The notes: generated by a model not told the origin, from the letters alone. DNA of 64,000 nucleotides from an uncultured Acidobacteriota bacterium (GCA_963741955.1 CAVUKB010000007.1:736001-800000), one strand, 5' to 3'; shown: positions 9,875-18,882, counted from the stretch's first letter. Numbers and translations: made by a program.

Positions 9875-11653
9875 TCACTCCGCGGGATATTTCTCCATCA
9901 CTCCCTCGATCACGCGGCGCGAGAGCGAGTGGTACGACGTCTTTGCGGCGTCGAAGATCTCGTGCGCGAGCTTGCGCGTGCGCGCGTGCCGCCCCAGCGC
10001 GAGGAAGAGCGGCCGGAGATACTTCATCCGCCCGACCCGCGTCAGGACTTCCCGGAGCCGGTCGAACACCGGCTCGTAATCCGATCCGGCCGCGATGGTC
10101 AACCATTCCGCGAGAATCTCGTAGTTGCCGCGAGAGGTGAGATCGAAATGCTGGTCGAGCCAGTCGAGCGATTCGCGATCCATCTGCCGCGGGAGGTGCT
10201 GCAGATAGACCAGCAGCTCCCGGGTATCCCAGTTCTCGATGTCGGCGTCGGAAGGCCTCTCACCCCCGGCCCATCCTTCGGCGAGTTTCGTCAGCCGCTC
10301 CAGGGTCGCTGAGCGGAACACCGGGGCGTTGTCGGGCATCCCGGTCCCGTACAGCCACTCCGTCGCCTTCGCCTTCTCGGCGAGCCCGGGCATCTTCTCC
10401 TCCAGAAATCCGATGAATTCCTCGGAGGTGATGGAGGTGAAACGGAAGTGCTCCATGTAGGCGCGCATGAAGCGGTCGAACTTCTCTCGTCCCGCCTCCC
10501 GCTCGAGGACGACTGCAAACCTGGCCCCCTTCTCGTAGGGGATGGAGGAGAACGCATCGTCGGGATCGATTCCTTCGAGGTCGGTGCGGAGCCTGGTGAG
10601 TGGAGAGTCGGCGCCGAAACGCTCGACGGAAGTGTCGAGCGCGTTCTGTCCGATGGCCCAGCCGAGAATGGCGACTTCCTCGCCGTGCAGCGCTTCGAGG
10701 ATCCGGCGCTCGGCCCAGGTGGTGAATCCCTCGTTGAGCCAGAAGTGGTCCATGGTGGCGTTGGTGACGAGATTCCCGGTCCACGAGTGCGCGAGCTCGT
10801 GCGCCACGACGTCCACCAGCGAGCGGTCGCCTGCGATGACGGTCGGAGTTAGGAACGTGATCCGCGGGTTCTCCATACCGCCGTAGGGGAAGGAGGGCGG
10901 AAGGATCAGCATGTCGTAGCGGTCCCATTCGTACGGTCCGAAGAGGGCCTCCGCGGTGGTGATCATCGTCTCGGTCTTCCCGAACTCCCACGCCGCGTCC
11001 TCGACGCTCTCGGGCTCTGCCCAGACGCGCACCCTGGAGCTGACGTCGCGGGAGGCGAGATTGCCGGCCGCGATGGCGAGCAGATACGGCGGGATCGGCT
11101 GCGGCATGGAGAAGAGGAATGTGTGCCGATCGCCCTCCCTCTTCTCGCCCGCGGGGCCGGCGGACATGACCGCGGAGAGCTGCGCCGGGACGTTCACTTC
11201 CGCTTCGTACGTCACGCGCGCGCGGGGCGAATCCTGCAGGGGGATGATCGAGCGCGCGTGAATCGCCTGGCACTGGCTGAAGAGGAAGGGGTGCTGCTTT
11301 CCTTCCGTCTGTGCGGGCGTGAGCCACTGGAGCGCGATCGCGTCGGGCGAGGTGCAGTAGGAGATTCGCGCCTCCTTCGTTGCGGCCGGGAGGTCGAGGC
11401 GAAGGCGCTGCCCGAGAATGGGCTCTTCGTCGGCGAGCATGTGGGGCACGACCGTGCCGTCGGGAAGCGTGACCGAACGGATGGTCAGGCCCTTCGAGTC
11501 GAGATCGAGCGGACCCGCGCATGGCTCGGCAAAGACGAGGGTCACGTCTCCGGATATTTCCTTTCGGTCGAAGTCGAGGTTCCAGCGGAGCCGGAGATGC
11601 CTCACGCGCGGCTGTTCGTCGTCGAAGTACGAGTGGGGATCGATACGGGTCAT
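9875..11653 (-). CDS. M1 family metallo-aminopeptidase (leukotriene A4 hydrolase-like)
   Basis: GGMEN, HELAH-x18-E, PYEKG, C-terminal GRMKYLRP. SD GGAGG. Confidence 0.95.
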   Translation of the reverse strand: MTRIDPHSYFDDEQPRVRHLRLRWNLDFDRKEISGDVTLVFAEPCAGPLDLDSKGLTIRSVTLPDGTVVPHMLADEEPILGQRLRLDLPAATKEARISYCTSPDAIALQWLTPAQTEGKQHPFLFSQCQAIHARSIIPLQDSPRARVTYEAEVNVPAQLSAVMSAGPAGEKREGDRHTFLFSMPQPIPPYLLAIAAGNLASRDVSSRVRVWAEPESVEDAAWEFGKTETMITTAEALFGPYEWDRYDMLILPPSFPYGGMENPRITFLTPTVIAGDRSLVDVVAHELAHSWTGNLVTNATMDHFWLNEGFTTWAERRILEALHGEEVAILGWAIGQNALDTSVERFGADSPLTRLRTDLEGIDPDDAFSSIPYEKGARFAVVLEREAGREKFDRFMRAYMEHFRFTSITSEEFIGFLEEKMPGLAEKAKATEWLYGTGMPDNAPVFRSATLERLTKLAEGWAGGERPSDADIENWDTRELLVYLQHLPRQMDRESLDWLDQHFDLTSRGNYEILAEWLTIAAGSDYEPVFDRLREVLTRVGRMKYLRPLFLALGRHARTRKLAHEIFDAAKTSYHSLSRRVIEGVMEKYPAE

Positions 11654-11725
11654 GGCGGTACCTCCCGGAATTTACGGAGGGATCATATCGCGGGAGGAGA
11701 GATGTGCGACCGTCCGGACCGGAAA

Positions 11726-11777
11726 GTGGGTCGCGCGTTTCGCGCGAGGCCCTCCGGCGTGGCGCGGGAGGGCGACG
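11726..11777 (+). repeat. GTGGG double-hairpin REP-like element, copy 1
   Basis: GTGGG-TCGCGCG-ttt-CGCGCGA-g-GCCCTCCGGCG-tgg-CGCGGGAGGGC-GACG. Confidence 0.75.
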
Positions 11778-11885
11778 GTGGCATCGAGGAGTAAATGTGA
11801 CGCTGGCGAGAGGCGAGGTTCGCGGGAGAGCGGGAGACGCGAACGAGGGATCTGCCGAGAGGAATGATCCGCTTTCCGTTGGAGC

Positions 11886-11936
11886 CATCGCTCCCCGGCA
11901 CGATGCCGGGAGCCTCGCGCCGGAGACGCGACCCAC
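11886..11936 (-). repeat. GTGGG double-hairpin REP-like element, copy 2 (inverted partner of copy 1)
   Basis: Reverse complement reads GTGGG-TCGCGTC-tcc-GGCGCGA-g-GCTCCCGGCA-tcg-TGCCGGGGAGC-GATG. Confidence 0.75.
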
Positions 11937-11947
11937 ATGCTCCGCCG

Positions 11948-12901
11948 TTACGGTGCGGCGATGATGATCGCTGCGATCCCGGCGGATTCGAGCCGCTCCC
12001 TCACGTCGATCGCCTTCGCGCGCGAGTCGAATGGCCCGAGGCGTACGCGGAAGAACGAGCCGCTCTCTTCGATGAACGCGGAGGGGAGGATCCGGTCGAT
12101 CTTCTCCTTCAACTCCTGCGCGTTCGCCGCGACCTGGAACGCACCGACCTGCAGCACGTAATGGACGTCCGGCACGTTCGTCTCCGCCGTCGCCGGCCGC
12201 GGCGCCGGTTCCGAAGCCGCCTCGGGAGGTTCGCCGACGAACGTCTTTCCGTCCGGGCCGACCTTCCTCACCACTGGACGTCCGCCATGCTCTTCGATGA
12301 CGGTGACGTCGACCGGAGCGTCGGCCGTATCAGGCTGCGTACTCTTCGGAGCGTTCGCAGCTTTCGTCGCCCTCTTCGTCTCCTCCGGAAGAGGGAACGG
12401 AACGTCGGGCGGGGTCGGATCGACGACCTTCTTCGACGCGGAGCTCGATGCAGGAGTGGTCTCCGCCTTCGGCGACAGCTCGACCAGCAGCGGTTTCGGA
12501 GGTTCACGATCGCCCGCACCGAGCCGGACGACCTCGGCGTTCACCGTTCCGATTCCCGCTTCGACGAGGCCGATCGCCTTTGCCGCGGCGTACGACAGAT
12601 CGAGCACCCGTCCCTCGATGAAGGGGCCGCGGTCGTTGATACGAACCAGAACGCTCTCGCCGTTCGCGGGATTCGTCACGCGAAGGACGGTTCCGAAGGG
12701 GAGCGAGCGATGCGCCGCGGTGAGGAGCATCGGATCGAAGATCTCGCCGTTGGACGTGGTGCGGCCGGCGAATTCCTGGCCGTACCAGCTCGCGGTTCCG
12801 GTGAACCGTGCGGGATAGGTGGAGCGAGGAGCGGTGGAGACGCAGGCCTCCAGAACGAGAACCAACATCGCGAGCAGCAGGAGTCTCGCGCGCAGAGTCA
12901 T
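11948..12901 (-). CDS. rlpA: Septal ring lytic transglycosylase RlpA with C-terminal SPOR domain
   Basis: Lipobox LEAC, GTASWYG, TAAHRSLPFGT, VRINDRGP, DLSYAAA and a SPOR domain (LQVGAF...RVRLGPF). Confidence 0.92.
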   Translation of the reverse strand: MTLRARLLLLAMLVLVLEACVSTAPRSTYPARFTGTASWYGQEFAGRTTSNGEIFDPMLLTAAHRSLPFGTVLRVTNPANGESVLVRINDRGPFIEGRVLDLSYAAAKAIGLVEAGIGTVNAEVVRLGAGDREPPKPLLVELSPKAETTPASSSASKKVVDPTPPDVPFPLPEETKRATKAANAPKSTQPDTADAPVDVTVIEEHGGRPVVRKVGPDGKTFVGEPPEAASEPAPRPATAETNVPDVHYVLQVGAFQVAANAQELKEKIDRILPSAFIEESGSFFRVRLGPFDSRAKAIDVRERLESAGIAAIIIAAP

Positions 12902-14334
12902 ACTCGGACCTCTCCCACCTCCTCCGACAGCAGTTCGCGGTCACTCGCGAGCACGGGGTCGATCTTCTCTTCCAGGAACCGCTCGACCTGCCGCGGGGCG
13001 AGGCCGATGAACTCTTCGGGGCCGGCGATGCGGTCGATCTCTTCACGGCTGATGCCGAAGATCGGGTCGGCGGCGATCCGGTCGAACAGGTCATTGCGAC
13101 TCGCGCCGCTCTTGAGTGCGTCCGCCGCCGCGACCGAATGGACGCGCACGCGCTCGTGCAGCACCTGGCGGTCGCCTCCGCGGCGCACTCCTTCCATCAT
13201 CAGATTCTCCGTCGCCATGAATGGAAGCTCGCGCGCGACGTTCGCCGCGATGACTTCCTCGTGCACCACGATCCCGCTGACGATGTTGTCGTAGATCATC
13301 AGGATCGCGTCGGCGCCGAGGAATGCTTCGGTGATCGCGATGCGGCGGTTGGAGGAGTCGTCGAGAGTCCGCTCGAGCCACTGTGTCGCGGCAGTGTGCG
13401 CCGGGTTCTGGGAGTTGATGATGAGGTGGCGCGAGAGGCCGTCGATCCGTTCCGCGCGCATCGGATTGCGTTTGTACGCCATCGCCGACGAGCCGATCTG
13501 GTGCTCCTCGAACGGTTCCTCGATCTCGTGCATGTGCTGGAGGAGGCGCATGTCGTACGCGAACTTCGAGGCCGACTGCGCGATTCCTGCGAGCGCATTG
13601 ACCACCTGCGAGTCGACCTTGCGGGAGTACGTCTGTCCGGAGACGGGGTAGATGCGGTCGAAGCCGATCCGTTTCGCGACGAGACGGTCGAGCTCTTCGA
13701 CCTTCGCGCCGTCGCCGTCGAAAAGTTTGAGGAACGACGCCTGCGTGCCGGTCGCCCCTTTGACGCCGAGGAGCGCGAGACGCTCCTGCTGGAAGACGAG
13801 CTCCTCGTAGTCGAGGAGGAGGTCCTGCAGCCAGAGGGAGGCGCGCTTGCCGACCGTGGTCAGCTGAGCGGACTGGAAATGAGTGAAGGCGAGGGTCGGG
13901 GTGTTGCGCCAGCGCCAGGCGTAGTCGCGGAGCTTCGCCATCAGGTTCACCAGGCGGCGCCGGACGATCTTCATCGCCTCGTGCATCTGGAGGATCTCGC
14001 TATTGTCGGTGACGAAGGCGGAGGTGGCGCCGAGATGGATGATCCCCTTCGCGGTCGGGGCCTGGAGTCCGTAGGCGTGGACGTGAGCCATCACGTCGTG
14101 GCGCACTTCGCGCTCGCGCCGCTCGGCGTCTTCGTAGTTGATGTCGTCGGCGTGCGCCTTCAGCTCCGCGATCTGCGCGTCGGTGATCGGCAGCCCGAGC
14201 TCTTTCTCGGCCTCGGCGAGGGCGATCCAGAGCCGTCTCCACGTGCGGAACTTGAAGTCCGGCGAGAAGATGCGGGACATCTCGCGCGAAGCGTAGCGCT
14301 CGGTGAGAGGATTGCTGGCGGTGTCGCGTGGCAC
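12898..14334 (-). CDS. purB: Adenylosuccinate lyase
   Basis: RHDVMAHVH, HLGATS, FTHFQ and the SSAMAYKRNP signature. Confidence 0.95.
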   Translation of the reverse strand: MPRDTASNPLTERYASREMSRIFSPDFKFRTWRRLWIALAEAEKELGLPITDAQIAELKAHADDINYEDAERREREVRHDVMAHVHAYGLQAPTAKGIIHLGATSAFVTDNSEILQMHEAMKIVRRRLVNLMAKLRDYAWRWRNTPTLAFTHFQSAQLTTVGKRASLWLQDLLLDYEELVFQQERLALLGVKGATGTQASFLKLFDGDGAKVEELDRLVAKRIGFDRIYPVSGQTYSRKVDSQVVNALAGIAQSASKFAYDMRLLQHMHEIEEPFEEHQIGSSAMAYKRNPMRAERIDGLSRHLIINSQNPAHTAATQWLERTLDDSSNRRIAITEAFLGADAILMIYDNIVSGIVVHEEVIAANVARELPFMATENLMMEGVRRGGDRQVLHERVRVHSVAAADALKSGASRNDLFDRIAADPIFGISREEIDRIAGPEEFIGLAPRQVERFLEEKIDPVLASDRELLSEEVGEVRV

Positions 14335-14340
14335 GGAGGG

Positions 14341-14346
14341 ATTATA
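14341..14346 (-). promoter_or_regulatory. -10 box (TATAAT) of a probable leaderless purB transcript
   Basis: Minus strand reads TATAAT-CCCTCC-GTG, with no SD. Confidence 0.6.
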
Positions 14347-14402
14347 CCGTGTGGCGCGAGCGTCTCGCTCGGGCAGGACCCTCCGTCGGACCCGTCGGAC
14401 GG

Positions 14403-14777
14403 CTACCGATTGTCGCGGGACTCACTCGGGGCCGGCTTTTCTGGTTTGGCGTTCTCCGGCAGGACGTACACCGTCTCTCCCGGTTTCGACATGTCGAGGT
14501 GCTCGCGGGCGATCCGCTCGACGGCGAAGGTCGATTTCCGGAGACTCTCGATCTCCTTCTTCAGGCGGTCGTTTTCTCCTTTCAGGCGGTCGATCTCGAC
14601 CTGGAGGTCGTGGACCCGCTTGCGCGACTGCTGGAGCTCGGAGATCCCGCGCTGGCTGAACGCGAACGAGACGAGGAAGACGATGGTCAGCACCGCGCCG
14701 AGGAGGACGACGACCTTCAGGGTGGTGCGGGTCGTCTTCCGGCTGTCGTGCAGCGACACGGTGGGAGGGATGGGCAC
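14403..14777 (-). CDS. ftsB: Septum formation initiator FtsB/DivIC
   Basis: One TM helix, a coiled coil and ERIAREHLDMSKPGETVY. Start GTG 14777 was chosen from the promoter position. Confidence 0.85.
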   Translation of the reverse strand: MPIPPTVSLHDSRKTTRTTLKVVVLLGAVLTIVFLVSFAFSQRGISELQQSRKRVHDLQVEIDRLKGENDRLKKEIESLRKSTFAVERIAREHLDMSKPGETVYVLPENAKPEKPAPSESRDNR

Positions 14778-14783
14778 GAGGGT

Positions 14784-14812
14784 AGTGTCGAATTCGCGGC
14801 CCCGGGTGTCAA
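14784..14812 (-). promoter_or_regulatory. Sigma-70 promoter for ftsB
   Basis: TTGACA-17 nt-GACACT, then 6 nt to GTG. Confidence 0.6.
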
Positions 14813-14838
14813 TGGGGGCGCCGGCTTCCAGCCGGAAA

Positions 14839-14890
14839 GTGGGTCGCACGTCTCGTGCGAAGCTCGCCGGCGTGTCGCCGGCGAGCGATG
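14839..14890 (+). repeat. GTGGG double-hairpin REP-like element, copy 3 (both stems perfect)
   Basis: GTGGG-TCGCACG-tct-CGTGCGA-a-GCTCGCCGGCG-tgt-CGCCGGCGAGC-GATG. Confidence 0.8.
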
Positions 14891-15025
14891 TGTGCGGACG
14901 TCATCACCCGCGGCGCTGGCGTTATCCGCGTTTGCGCCCCCTCCGCCTGAGTCCCGACCCTGCCGGCCTGCGACGAGCAGGGCGGCGCGGGACGCCGCCC
15001 TGCTCGAGAAGAAATGGGAATGACC

Positions 15026-15848
15026 CTACTTCGGCGTCACCAGCGTCACGTGTTGCGTCTCGTTGTTCGTGATACTGACGAATGCCCAGATTCTTCGTCC
15101 GGGATCGAGCGGCTTCACCTCGATGGCGATGTGTCGAAATTCAGAACCGCCGGGAAGGAATCCGAAATCGAGGTCACCTGAGCGAACCGGGGTGGGCAGG
15201 CAGATCGACTTGTCTCGGGAAGGTATTCGAGGTTCATTGGGAACTCCAGAAACGGATCGGCGTCGCCAGTGTCTCCCTGTTGTTCCGGGAGGCGGAATAG
15301 TCGGACGAGCACCCGCGATGTGCCTGGGTTCTCGAGATCGTAAACACGCAACGCCGCGCGGAAGGGCTCTCGTGTGGGAACGCCAAGAAGGTACACCGGA
15401 GTGCTCTCCGCGATCTCGCTCCGTCGGACAACGGGAATTTCCGTGCCGCAGGTGAGTGCCTGACGGGAACGGTCGGCGATTCTCAATTGCAGGTGCATCG
15501 CCGCCGCTCGTGCTTGCCGACCGACACTAGGATGCCCGGGTTCGGGCCGACGCTCCAGTCCGAATCGGATGGCCGCCACTGGTACACGCTCGCGGGAGGG
15601 AACTGCGGTGGCATCTGACATCCTTCGAGAACGCAGAATGGCTCGCCGGTGAACAATGGGACTTCTCGACCACTGGTGTTCCAGGCCCAGAGCACCGTAG
15701 TCCATAGGGAGCCGTACGCACCCTCCACCGGGTATCGCAACCCAATGGGTAGCAGAAGCCTGTCGTAGTCGTCAGGACTCTGGTACTGAGCGTGACCCAA
15801 CGCACACGTGAGAAACATCAGAACAGAGATCAGGACCTTAGCTTTCAT
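15026..15848 (-). pseudogene. Frameshifted paralogue of the secreted protein at 16075-16896
   Basis: Pieces in different frames align with the intact copy (YDRLLLP...GAYGSLW / LQLRIADRSRQ...TEIPVVR / WAFVSITNNETQHVTLVTPK). Breaks are near 15510, 15190-15215 and 15134 and may be sequencing errors. Confidence 0.8.
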
Positions 15849-15868
15849 TTTAAGCTCCAGCAGCTCGG

Positions 15869-16021
15869 TCAAGGACAAGATCCAGCCAGATAAAGGCGGC
15901 GATTCGTGGTATACGGTGGAGGTCGAAAGGGACTCTGGTTCGTCGTCGCATTATTCCGGAGGTACTCCCAAGCTTGATCCGGGACAACGCGGCTGTAATT
16001 GTTTGAGTCACCATAGTGGAA
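15869..16021 (-). pseudogene. Orphan 50-aa C-terminal fragment of an S8 protease homologue
   Basis: FHYGDSNNYSRVVPDQAWEYLRNNATTNQSPFRPPPYTTNRRLYLAGSCP* is 39/50 identical to the end of 16919-18355 and has no start codon. Confidence 0.88.
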
Positions 16022-16074
16022 GTGGGCAGGGCGGCGCGGGACGCCGCCCTGCTCGAGAAGAAATGGGAATGACC

Positions 16075-16896
16075 CTACTTCGGCGTCACCAGCGTCACGT
16101 GTTGCGTCTCGTTGTTCGTGATACTGACGAATGCCCAGATTCTTCGTCCGGGATCGAGCGGCTTCACCTCGATGGCGATGTGTTCGTAATTCAGAACCGC
16201 CGGGAAGGAATCCGAAATCGATGTCACCTGAGCGAACCCGGGGTGAACGGGGAACGGTGAGGCCTCTCCCGGGACATAGTGGAGATCGAGCGGAAATTCA
16301 AGGAACGGCGTGGCATCACCGGTGTCACCCTGTTCCTCGGGAACTCGAAAGATTCGAACGAGGACTCGCGATGACCCCGGATCCTCCAGGTCGTAGACTC
16401 GCAACGTGGCCCGGAAAGGATCACGAGTTGGAATTCCAAGGAGGTGAACCGGAGCGCTTTCAGGAATCCCGCTTCTCCGGACCACAGGAAGCTCCGTTCC
16501 GAAGTTGAGTTCCTGTCTTGAGAGATCGGTGATTCTCAGCTGAAGCTGGACCGAGTCCTCCTTCTCCTTCCAGACCGAGACGAAGACTCCCGGATTCGAA
16601 GCATCTCCGTAATACGTCAACCCCCACTGGTACAGCTCACCGGCCGGCAGAACCGGCGGCCCGGAGCACCCTTCAACTCCGCAGGTCCCGTTTCCTTGAA
16701 CGAACGGGACGTTCTCTTGGCCGGAGTTCCACACCCAGAGCGGCGTGGCCCAAACGGAGCCGTAGGCCCCGCTCACGGGGTAGCGCAACATAACCGGAAG
16801 CAAGAGCCGGTCATAATTGTTCGGATCCTCGCTCTGAGCGAGCCCCAATGCGCTCGCGAGTAGAATCAGAAGTGAGACGATTATCCGTCGTTTCAT
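16075..16896 (-). CDS. Secreted hypothetical protein (S8 protease-associated)
   Basis: Signal peptide MKRRIIVSLLILLASALGLA, SD GGAG, CxxxxC and C-terminal WAFVSITNNETQHVTLVTP. Confidence 0.8.
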   Translation of the reverse strand: MKRRIIVSLLILLASALGLAQSEDPNNYDRLLLPVMLRYPVSGAYGSVWATPLWVWNSGQENVPFVQGNGTCGVEGCSGPPVLPAGELYQWGLTYYGDASNPGVFVSVWKEKEDSVQLQLRITDLSRQELNFGTELPVVRRSGIPESAPVHLLGIPTRDPFRATLRVYDLEDPGSSRVLVRIFRVPEEQGDTGDATPFLEFPLDLHYVPGEASPFPVHPGFAQVTSISDSFPAVLNYEHIAIEVKPLDPGRRIWAFVSITNNETQHVTLVTPK

Positions 16897-16918
16897 AGCA
16901 ATCTCCAAAGAGTTCCGT

Positions 16919-18355
16919 TCAGGGACAGGCCCCGGGAAGGTACAACCGCCGATTGGTCGTGTACGGGGGCGGTGAAAAGGGACTCTGGTTGGTTGTTGCA
17001 TTGTTTCGAATGTAGTCCCAAGTCTGGTCAGGGACCGTCCGCGCAAAATTGTTCGGATCCAGGTAATGGAACAAGCCGAGATACGCGGCTACCGCACTCG
17101 AAACGATGGGTGCGGAAAACGACGTACCGCTGGTGTAGCTCTGCCGTTCGACCGATGGGTCGCACCCTGCCTTCGGGCGCGATCCGTCAGCATTCGTCCA
17201 GACGCATTTCGGATCGAATCCCGCTGAGCGGATCGCCTCAGCTGGTGCGAAGAGATCGACGTACGGCCCCCAGTTCGAACCATGTTCTGGGCCGACGCCA
17301 GGGGTCACTTCCCACCGGAAGTCGGATGTTCCCGGAATGCCCAGACCACCGACGGTGATGACATTTCCCCCGCCGCTGCGGGCCAGTCGTGACGGTGAGT
17401 AGTTTTGTGCATAGTCATTCTGATTGTTCGCAGACACGATCACTGTAATGCCATTGTTCACGAGGGCATCGATTTTCTCTTCAACGAATGTGGGATCGGG
17501 ATCACCGTTGGACCAGAAGTAGAAGCTCATATTGGCAAGACTCGGCCGGTACGAAGAATCAGGATTGCATGCGGGCGGATTCAGCCCTCCACCACAGCTT
17601 GTAAGAATCCAGTCGAGTCCGGTCGCGACCTTGTCCGACTCTACCACCCCGTAACAATCAGCCACTCTGACGGAACGGATCGCCGCATCGGGAGCGACGC
17701 CAAAGGTATTACCAGCAATGAGTGAAGCGACGGCCGTGCCATGGCCTGCAGTGTACACGGTGTCCCCATAGAAGGCGCTCATGTGCGCACATGGCCAAAC
17801 GGCCTCGAGATTGCTACAGGCGCCCATGCAGTTGTCGAGTATATCGACTCCCCCGTCAACCTTTCCGGCGAGTTCGGAGTGAATTCCAAGGACTCCAGTA
17901 TCGACGACGTAAGCAAGGGCACCCGCGCCACGCCCGCAATAGAGGAATAGATTGTCAAGCGGCAGTGTCTGCTGATCGACCCGGTCGAGATGCCAGATCT
18001 TGCCGTCCGGACCCGACGCACCCACATTTCGGACACTCGAAGTCTCGCCGTCGACTCCTTCGGCGATTTCTTCGACGTATCGAACCGCTGCGTCTGAGCT
18101 TATTCGCTCAGCAGTCTTTTCGTCGCAAGTCAGCACGAAACCGGTCGGCTCGATTCGAAACACGTGCTCCACGATCCCATGGTACTTCTTCGCAAGGTCG
18201 CTGGCGAGGATTTCCGGCGACGACGTTCCGGCAGGAAACGCCACGATATAGCGGCCCGGCACGTTTTTCGGGTTCTTACGGATCTTCCCATCCCCGGCGA
18301 AAAGCGGCACCGCCAGAGCGACGCAGATGAACAACAAGAGCAGGCGCTTGGTCAT
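16919..18355 (-). CDS. Secreted S8 (subtilisin/proteinase K-like) serine protease with I9-like propeptide
   Basis: Signal peptide; triad motifs VVDTG, GHGTAVAS and SGTSFSAP; SD AAGGAGGT. Confidence 0.93.
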   Translation of the reverse strand: MTKRLLLLFICVALAVPLFAGDGKIRKNPKNVPGRYIVAFPAGTSSPEILASDLAKKYHGIVEHVFRIEPTGFVLTCDEKTAERISSDAAVRYVEEIAEGVDGETSSVRNVGASGPDGKIWHLDRVDQQTLPLDNLFLYCGRGAGALAYVVDTGVLGIHSELAGKVDGGVDILDNCMGACSNLEAVWPCAHMSAFYGDTVYTAGHGTAVASLIAGNTFGVAPDAAIRSVRVADCYGVVESDKVATGLDWILTSCGGGLNPPACNPDSSYRPSLANMSFYFWSNGDPDPTFVEEKIDALVNNGITVIVSANNQNDYAQNYSPSRLARSGGGNVITVGGLGIPGTSDFRWEVTPGVGPEHGSNWGPYVDLFAPAEAIRSAGFDPKCVWTNADGSRPKAGCDPSVERQSYTSGTSFSAPIVSSAVAAYLGLFHYLDPNNFARTVPDQTWDYIRNNATTNQSPFSPPPYTTNRRLYLPGACP

Positions 18356-18791
18356 AGGACCTCCTTGCGCGGCAACCTAAGCCTTCGAGACAGCTCGAGC
18401 AACGGGCATTTTGAAACGCCCCGAGGGTATGAACCGCCGCAACGGTAAATCTGCATCTGAATTTGCGCCTTGAGCGTCGTGGAGTCTGCTGAAAGTGAGA
18501 TCTGCAGAAACGGTCGAGTGAGTTGACGGATGCGTAACCGAAGTGTGACGCGACGGTTCCGACGCCCAGTGACGTGCAGGCGAGCAGTTGCATGAGGAAA
18601 TCCGCTCGTGCGCTTGCAATCATCTGCCTGAGCTCCGGCAAGCCGCACTTCGCCGCTCGGCGCGCGAGACTGACGGGGTGAGTTCCGAGTTGCTGAGCGA
18701 GCTCCGACACCCGAGGTGGAGTGGCCGCTTCGAGGCAGCCAAGAACATATCGATCGATTTCACGACGGAGAGTCGAGCAGGGAATGCGCAT
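18276..18791 (-). CDS. AraC-like HTH DNA-binding protein (no sensor domain; C-terminus reads into the S8 gene)
   Basis: SD AGGAGG; RVSELAQQLG...LARR and VASHFGYASVNSLDRFCRSHFQQTP resemble the two AraC HTH motifs. Confidence 0.65.
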   Translation of the reverse strand: MRIPCSTLRREIDRYVLGCLEAATPPRVSELAQQLGTHPVSLARRAAKCGLPELRQMIASARADFLMQLLACTSLGVGTVASHFGYASVNSLDRFCRSHFQQTPRRSRRKFRCRFTVAAVHTLGAFQNARCSSCLEGLGCRARRSYDQAPALVVHLRRSGGAAFRRGWEDP

Positions 18792-18882
18792 GAGTCCTCC
18801 TGTTCAGGAGTTCCTCCAGACGGCCGGATCGGTACCCGCGATTCAAGCTCGTCACTCGAGGCTGTGACGGTCGTGCTTTGGA

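Larger units (their letters stand above)
14977..17071. repeat. Diverged head-to-tail tandem duplication (~1.05-kb unit)
   Basis: 14977-15134 is identical to 16026-16183 (offset 1049). The rest of the unit is homologous at protein level up to 16021 and 17071. Confidence 0.92.

Noticed and set aside
12808-15072. Long antisense ORFs (also 4336-6129, 39992-41554, 53349-55082, 56776-58935 and others)
   Set aside because: They are shadow frames of well-supported genes in GC-rich DNA and carry no motifs.
14977-16240. Possible diversity-generating retroelement TR/VR pair
   Set aside because: There is no reverse transcriptase in the window, the repeat is identical rather than A-specific mutated, and a tandem duplication explains it.
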